Source: an uncultured Pseudomonadales bacterium
GTDB taxonomy: Bacteria; Patescibacteriota; Microgenomatia; UBA1400; PJMF01
Assembly: GCA_964491115.1 (NCBI GenBank)
Contig: CAZBEW010000003.1
Location: 23,026 to 87,025, forward strand
Direction: 5' to 3'
DNA length: 64,000 nucleotides
The position numbers and the translations under genes are program-made. The notes beneath the pieces were generated by a model. The model was given only the letters and a program-made list of their open reading frames with translations. It made no database searches and had not been told where the DNA came from. Shown here piece by piece: positions 58,891 through 64,000 of the stretch (position 1 is its first letter; the number at the start of each line of letters is the position of its first letter).

Positions 58891-61719
58891 TTAATGACTG
58901 TTGTGCATAATTATTGCAGTTGTTAGCACACCCAATCGTTGGAAAAGTGGATACTTAGTGGTGTTATTGTTAGTAGTGTCTGGATTACAAGCCACGCCAC
59001 CCATAAAACAATTTGTTAGAGCGCTACTTACAAATTCTGCACTTGGTGATCTGCCCATTACAGCAGTGTAACGATCTATAATATCGTTGCTGTCGCTTGC
59101 TTGAGCTGCTCGATTACAGGTAAATTCAACCGCATCCATACAAAAAATTAGATCCATTTCTTGATGTTTGTCATCGAGCCAATTGGCAGGATAAATATGA
59201 TCATCTCCCTCAAGAGAAACGGGACAATAGCCAGCTGCTCGCCAACGAGTTGGTCGCTCTTGATTTAAAAAGCTGTCAAAAGTACAGTTGCCATTACCTC
59301 CGCCATTATATCTAGCTAAACCCATTAATAATTTTTCGTAATCAAGCTGAACTTGGTCTGGAGCTACACCCTCGATGCCCATTTTTCCTTTCAAATGCTC
59401 CATGGCTGCAGTAGCATCTTCCAAGAGGGTGCCACGTAAAGCACCGCCATCAAAAACTGATTGATTTGGATTCATGCCGCCTTCAATCCAGTGCACCCCA
59501 GCTACTATTTCACAAGGAATACCAGTATCAGCTTCAACTTGACCATATACTGACACTAGTTCTTCTGTAACTCTTGAAGAGACATAAGTTTCAAAATTGC
59601 TTTTAGCAACTTCTGGAATACCAGAAAATTCTGGCAAACCCTCAATTTTTTCAAATGCTAAACCCTCACAGGTGGCTTCTAACTCTCCTGGCATTCGCCC
59701 TCGACAGCGACCTAAAAATAAGTCCTCAACGCGTTCACAAGAAGCAATATATTTGTATGCTTCTTCGGTGGTGCTACGAATTGTGGTCTGAATTTTTCTA
59801 ATGAACCAGCCTAAACCAAAATCGGGGAAGAGAATGGGGTTTTCTGGTTTACCTGCCACAGTTACTCCAAATGTTTTTTCATCACAAATCTCAATGTAGA
59901 TGGGATTTCCTAATGGATCAACTGCGCCACTTGGATCTGGTTCTAGGCGACAATTAGTTTTCCAAGTATAGGCATCACTACTACTATAATTAACATTGCT
60001 ATTTTTTATGGTGTAATATTTTGGTATCGCTCCAGTTTTTCCCTCCATATCAACTACAACATTGTTTTTAACCAGCTCAAACAAAGTATCACGATTCCAA
60101 AAAATACTAAAAGCCTTGTTAACATCTTTTACATTTTCTCCCATTGGTAAAACGAGATAAGCGCGCACTTTGATTTTGTCATCATTATTCAAACTCAATC
60201 CAGGACTACTAACTGTAATATTCCAAGAGAAATTTGTTTCGGTCTTGCTTTCTAATCGATCTAATAATTTAGTATTCAGTGGGTTATTTTTATAAGGATT
60301 ACGGGCAGTGTCATCAAAATATTTAATTGCTGGAGTAAAAAGATCACCCGCTTTCTCAAAAGTAAGATCATTGGTGTTGATGATATCTTCAATGTGTAAA
60401 TCACTGTCCGGATCGTCTAATTCGACCACGCCAATTGCCTCAACATCACAAGAGGGCTCGGCGCCATTAATAATGTCAACTAAAACATTTTCAAGAACGT
60501 TATCCTGTGAGCGCTGACATTGAGGCATGCCAGCACATTTAATTGTTTTTTCATTTTCTGACCAAGAATTAGCTTCGATTGCAGCTTCGGCCAAGGATTC
60601 TCTTGCTAAGTTTTGATCAGCAAAATCTTGGACATTCAGGTCGTGACTTTGTAAAACAGCTTTGGTTAATTCTAGGCTATCAACATTGTCCAAAGTTCGA
60701 GATTTATTGGTGGCAAATTCGGGAATTTTAAAAGCAATGAAAATTGGAGCATCTTTATCGTGGATGCCGCCATTAGTTTGCAAAAATTGCAGCTGACCAT
60801 CGCTTGACGATTGTCTTGGAACTAAAACTAGGAAAGCCAAGCGATAAAGGTTGTCTAAATCGAAGTTAACTTTTTCAATAGCTGCTCGGCTAAGGGCTAG
60901 TGTTTCAGCATCAGCTGAGCTGGTAGTAGCGCCTTCTGGATATAAATCACCACAAATAGTCGAATTTTTTTCAGTTCTTTCTTCCTTAGATCCACTGCTC
61001 AATTCTGGACGGAGATCGTCTAAGCGTTTTTTAATGTTTAAATAGTCAAGATTGGCAGTAGGAATATTTAGTGCTGGATTGCCCTCAATTTTAACTTCTC
61101 TGTTTAAGAAACAATTAATAAAAAATTTACTGCACAATTCTTCAATCACGTCCAAATTGTTTTTCTTATAAAAACACTGCCAATAAGAACTTAATAATCT
61201 GCCAGCTACGCCGGTGGCATTTTCATAATCAAGTGCAGTAAAAGTTTTTTGTAAATTTGCGCCAAACATTCCCTCAAATGAATCATTTTTATCGGTTAAT
61301 TCGCCATCTTCCATCCCTCTTAAAAGAGGAATGCGCGCCTTGTCAAAATCTACATATTGAGGGCTGGTGCCACTAAAAAGTCTGGGTGAGTCGGGAAATT
61401 CAGCAAAATAATCGACAACATCTCCCCAAACACTGGCATCAATTAACCACTCTTTTTGAGCGCAATGAGCTTCATAACCCTGGTCTAAAACCATATTCGA
61501 TAAAAGATCGTCATGAGCACTACTAGCCATGCCTGGATTAAGCACCAGTGGTAATATGTTGTAGGTAGCGGGATCTCTTTTTTCAGGATTAAGATCAAAG
61601 GTTCCAGATGCAGTTGACTCTTGGGCAAAAACAGTAAAATTTGGCTTAGTAAATAAGTTTAACAATAAAAAAAACGTAAACAACAATTTGACAGCTTTTA
61701 GCACAACTTTATTATACAA
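58891..61719 (-). CDS. 942-aa secreted cysteine-rich protein; C-terminal region possibly lysozyme-like
   Basis: Signal peptide 'LLFTFFLLLNLFTKPNFTVFA'; more than 25 Cys; 'HWIEGGMNPNQSVFDGGALRGTLLED ... GLARYNGGGNG' weakly resembles the SLT/lysozyme E...AYNAG pattern. Confidence 0.4.
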   Translation of the reverse strand: MYNKVVLKAVKLLFTFFLLLNLFTKPNFTVFAQESTASGTFDLNPEKRDPATYNILPLVLNPGMASSAHDDLLSNMVLDQGYEAHCAQKEWLIDASVWGDVVDYFAEFPDSPRLFSGTSPQYVDFDKARIPLLRGMEDGELTDKNDSFEGMFGANLQKTFTALDYENATGVAGRLLSSYWQCFYKKNNLDVIEELCSKFFINCFLNREVKIEGNPALNIPTANLDYLNIKKRLDDLRPELSSGSKEERTEKNSTICGDLYPEGATTSSADAETLALSRAAIEKVNFDLDNLYRLAFLVLVPRQSSSDGQLQFLQTNGGIHDKDAPIFIAFKIPEFATNKSRTLDNVDSLELTKAVLQSHDLNVQDFADQNLARESLAEAAIEANSWSENEKTIKCAGMPQCQRSQDNVLENVLVDIINGAEPSCDVEAIGVVELDDPDSDLHIEDIINTNDLTFEKAGDLFTPAIKYFDDTARNPYKNNPLNTKLLDRLESKTETNFSWNITVSSPGLSLNNDDKIKVRAYLVLPMGENVKDVNKAFSIFWNRDTLFELVKNNVVVDMEGKTGAIPKYYTIKNSNVNYSSSDAYTWKTNCRLEPDPSGAVDPLGNPIYIEICDEKTFGVTVAGKPENPILFPDFGLGWFIRKIQTTIRSTTEEAYKYIASCERVEDLFLGRCRGRMPGELEATCEGLAFEKIEGLPEFSGIPEVAKSNFETYVSSRVTEELVSVYGQVEADTGIPCEIVAGVHWIEGGMNPNQSVFDGGALRGTLLEDATAAMEHLKGKMGIEGVAPDQVQLDYEKLLMGLARYNGGGNGNCTFDSFLNQERPTRWRAAGYCPVSLEGDDHIYPANWLDDKHQEMDLIFCMDAVEFTCNRAAQASDSNDIIDRYTAVMGRSPSAEFVSSALTNCFMGGVACNPDTTNNNTTKYPLFQRLGVLTTAIIMHNSH

Positions 61720-61748
61720 GAACTAGAAACGAAGAACTAGCTTCTTTC

Positions 61749-62330
61749 TTAAACTCCTAAAATTGCTATTCCAAAAACTACTTCGATTAATTGGATTATC
61801 CAGTAAGAAGCAAAAAGAATGATAAATCCGATAATAGCTGTAGTAATGATTTGTTTGCCTTCATCCATATTTTTGGAATTAGTAGCACCAGTGAGCATTT
61901 TAACACCAGCTAAAACTAACATGCCAAATAGAATCATCCCAGCTATAGGGAAAGCATATTTCAAAACTTCGCTAATAATTCCGCCTGGAGTTGATAATTT
62001 TTCAGCTTTAGTCGAAAAAAGTTTAAGTGGGTTGAGGTTGTCTAATAGCTCTTGATCTACTGGAGGAATGGGTACGGCTAGAGTGGGAGTAGCTGTTGGA
62101 GCAGCTGTTGGTGGTGGAGAAGCATGGCACCCCGTTGTAGAATCGTACCAGCCGCAACACCATATAGGAGGATTCCAACCAACGTGGACTTTATTTGCAC
62201 AATTACATGCACCATAGGCAAAATATTCTCCGCATTCAGCTGGATCAAGTAGTCCACCTTTTACTGGTTTGGCTGGAAAGGCAAATATTAGAGAAAAAGC
62301 AATTAATAAATAAAGGATTGTTTTTTTCAT
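61749..62330 (-). CDS. Pilin-fusion protein: signal peptide, 8-Cys ectodomain, Pro/Thr/Ala linker, C-terminal VirB2-like two-TM pilin module
   Basis: 'CGEYFAYGACNCANKVHVGWNPPIWCCGWYDSTTGCH'; 'PPPTAAPTATPTLAVP'; C-terminal 'GMILFGMLVLAGVKMLTGATNSKNMDEGKQIITTAIIGFIILFASYWII'. Confidence 0.5.
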   Translation of the reverse strand: MKKTILYLLIAFSLIFAFPAKPVKGGLLDPAECGEYFAYGACNCANKVHVGWNPPIWCCGWYDSTTGCHASPPPTAAPTATPTLAVPIPPVDQELLDNLNPLKLFSTKAEKLSTPGGIISEVLKYAFPIAGMILFGMLVLAGVKMLTGATNSKNMDEGKQIITTAIIGFIILFASYWIIQLIEVVFGIAILGV

Positions 62331-62333
62331 TTC

Positions 62334-63281
62334 TTATGGTTGTCCAAAACCAGGTATTTTAATAACTGAAACGCCAATAAATTGCAATATGGTCACAGAG
62401 AAAATGATAAATAAGAGTCCTACAATGGCTGAGGTAATGATCTCTTTTGCATCTTGAGTTTTTTTAGGGTCACCTTTAGAGGTAGAAAGCATAAAGGCGC
62501 CAACTAAAATCATAACTAAAACAATGCCTCCACCTAGTATAAGACCGATTCTCATTATTGTATAAATAATGCCTTCAGAACTGCTTGGTATACAGCCAAT
62601 TGCTGTCCAAATTCCTCCCGAATTAAAGCAGGTTATACAACGACTAAAAGCATTGGTGTTGCTGGAACTAATTTGTGTCAAGCAAAGATCAAATTCAGTG
62701 CCTTCAGCATCTGTTGGCTCTGAACTACAACTATTAGGATTACAGCTATTGGACACTATGAAAGGGGCGCTTTGTTTTATATCACATAATATACTTTGGT
62801 TATAAATAATCTTGCGATAAGATACGCCAACAAGATATCTTCCCTCTTCTTCATCGATCATTAGGGAAGCGGAAGCCGTATTATTTATAATATCTGCTGT
62901 CGCTTCCGAGGAAGTCGCAACAGCCCTATCACCAACCATTTTCCTTAGTGTAAACCTAACTTTTTCTGGAATTATTGAGCTATCATTTTTAGGATCGTTC
63001 CAAGTGAGATTCTCAATTGTAATATTTACGTCTGAGCCAGATTGAATGCAACTTGGGGGGTAGTAACATTTTTTTCCATCTCTTTCTTGATAAATTTGGA
63101 AACCTGATGCTGTAAAAGTTGCATCTAAGACTGATGGAGGATTAAGACCACCAGTAAACCACAAACACTGTCCTGGTACAAAGTCATCAGCAAAAACCGA
63201 AAATTGGCTCTTTTGAAATTTTGTAACAAGTGAGGTTAATAGTAGGAGTGATAACAATATTCTCAATATTTTATTTTTCAC
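62334..63281 (-). CDS. Pilin-fusion protein: signal peptide, about 230-aa Cys-containing ectodomain, C-terminal VirB2-like pilin module
   Basis: C-terminal 'IGLILGGGIVLVMILVGAFMLSTSKGDPKKTQDAKEIITSAIVGLLFIIFSVTIL' has the same architecture as the 27.6-30.8 kb paralogs. Confidence 0.5.
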   Translation of the reverse strand: MKNKILRILLSLLLLTSLVTKFQKSQFSVFADDFVPGQCLWFTGGLNPPSVLDATFTASGFQIYQERDGKKCYYPPSCIQSGSDVNITIENLTWNDPKNDSSIIPEKVRFTLRKMVGDRAVATSSEATADIINNTASASLMIDEEEGRYLVGVSYRKIIYNQSILCDIKQSAPFIVSNSCNPNSCSSEPTDAEGTEFDLCLTQISSSNTNAFSRCITCFNSGGIWTAIGCIPSSSEGIIYTIMRIGLILGGGIVLVMILVGAFMLSTSKGDPKKTQDAKEIITSAIVGLLFIIFSVTILQFIGVSVIKIPGFGQP

Positions 63282-63345
63282 CCCTCTATTTTAACTCAAA
63301 AATCTCAATCATAAAAGCAATAGAAAAATTTGTTACAATGAAAAG

Positions 63346-64000
63346 GTGTTAAAGAAGTTATCATCAGCGCTAATTATCCTATTGGTTTTAGTACTGTCGG
63401 GAGTATTAATGCCAACAGCGTTGACTTTTTTGCGTCAACAGCCTCAAGTTTTGGCAATCAGCGATGTCGACAAGCTGCAAGAAGAAATCGACGAACTACA
63501 ACACTTGAAAGAACTATCTGAATCAGCCACCGCTCCTCTAGAAACAGAAGTGGCCAATCTTGAGTCGCGCATTCGTTCAGCTCAGGCTGGAATTAATAGT
63601 GCCAAACAGCAAGCGGTTGAATTAGCTACTAGTATTGAGCAAAGAGAGGAAGACTTAGCTTATCATTATCAACTTTTTGCTAATCGAATTGCCGAAAGTT
63701 ATAGACGGATACGTAGTTTTAATCCTTTAAGCCTAATTTTTTCAAGTCCAAATGCTACTATTTTTAGTAAAAATTTAGTTTATCAAGATTCAGCCAAGGC
63801 TCAAGATGATCGACTAATTCGCTCAATTTCTGGAGAATTAAAGCAATTGGCTGATGATAAGCAAGAATTAGAAGCGACTCAAGTTCATTTAACTGCTCTG
63901 CAAAGTCAACTTGACGGGCAAGCAGATTTTTTTAAGGGGGAAATCGCTAAAGCCAAACAATATCAACAAGAATTGGGTAGTCAAATAGCTGAATTATCGG
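63346..64000 (+). CDS. Partial CDS (runs off window): N-terminal TM plus long coiled coil, EnvC / M23-peptidase-activator-like N-terminus
   Basis: Open frame from GTG 63346 to window end with no stop: 'VLKKLSSALIILLVLVLSGVLMP...LQEEIDELQHLKELSES...' heptad-rich; start codon uncertain. Confidence 0.3.
   Translation, partial: MLKKLSSALIILLVLVLSGVLMPTALTFLRQQPQVLAISDVDKLQEEIDELQHLKELSESATAPLETEVANLESRIRSAQAGINSAKQQAVELATSIEQREEDLAYHYQLFANRIAESYRRIRSFNPLSLIFSSPNATIFSKNLVYQDSAKAQDDRLIRSISGELKQLADDKQELEATQVHLTALQSQLDGQADFFKGEIAKAKQYQQELGSQIAELS

Noticed and set aside
1-64000. Scan for CRISPR arrays, rRNA, IS elements / transposases / integrases
   Set aside because: No regularly spaced short direct repeats, no rRNA-like conserved stretches, no DDE or tyrosine-recombinase motifs seen; the T4SS-like locus therefore does not look like a bounded integrative conjugative element within this window.

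Overview
AT-rich chromosomal segment from a small-genome bacterium; overall gene content (ATP-dependent DNA ligase, isopentenyl phosphate kinase, arrays of VirB2-like pilins) suggests a Candidate Phyla Radiation / Saccharibacteria-like organism, but this is inference and no database search was possible. Layout, left to right: (1) 0.1-12.9 kb, a cell-surface glycan locus (O-antigen-ligase-like, PQQ-propeller+GH5 fusion, glycosyltransferase, Wzm/Wzt-type ABC exporter, WbaP-like sugar transferase) with an embedded small-molecule or peptide-modification module (TylF-like methyltransferase, PLP decarboxylase, QueC-like PP-loop ATPase, PqqD-like protein, ER-type signal peptidase). (2) A Pro/Thr-rich cysteine-rich surface protein, a tRNA-Ile with UAU anticodon, and isoprenoid genes (isopentenyl phosphate kinase, polyprenyl synthase; further on idi and uppS). 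(3) Housekeeping genes pth, ATP-dependent DNA ligase, Fic, recF, ECF sigma. (4) 27.6-30.8 kb, a tandem array of seven VirB2/TrbC-like pilin paralogs. (5) valS, rplY, rnhA and the origin cluster jag-yidC-yidD-rnpA-rpmH-dnaN-(DnaA boxes)-dnaA. (6) Directly upstream of dnaA, 45-63.3 kb, a type-IV-secretion-like locus: VirB4 ATPase, PrgI/VirB3-like, VirB6/TrbL-like, a 1108-aa membrane protein with a C39-like cysteine peptidase domain, large secreted cysteine-rich proteins, and two fusions of a cysteine-rich ectodomain to a pilin module. This locus is the most interesting candidate system. No rRNA, CRISPR or transposase was seen.
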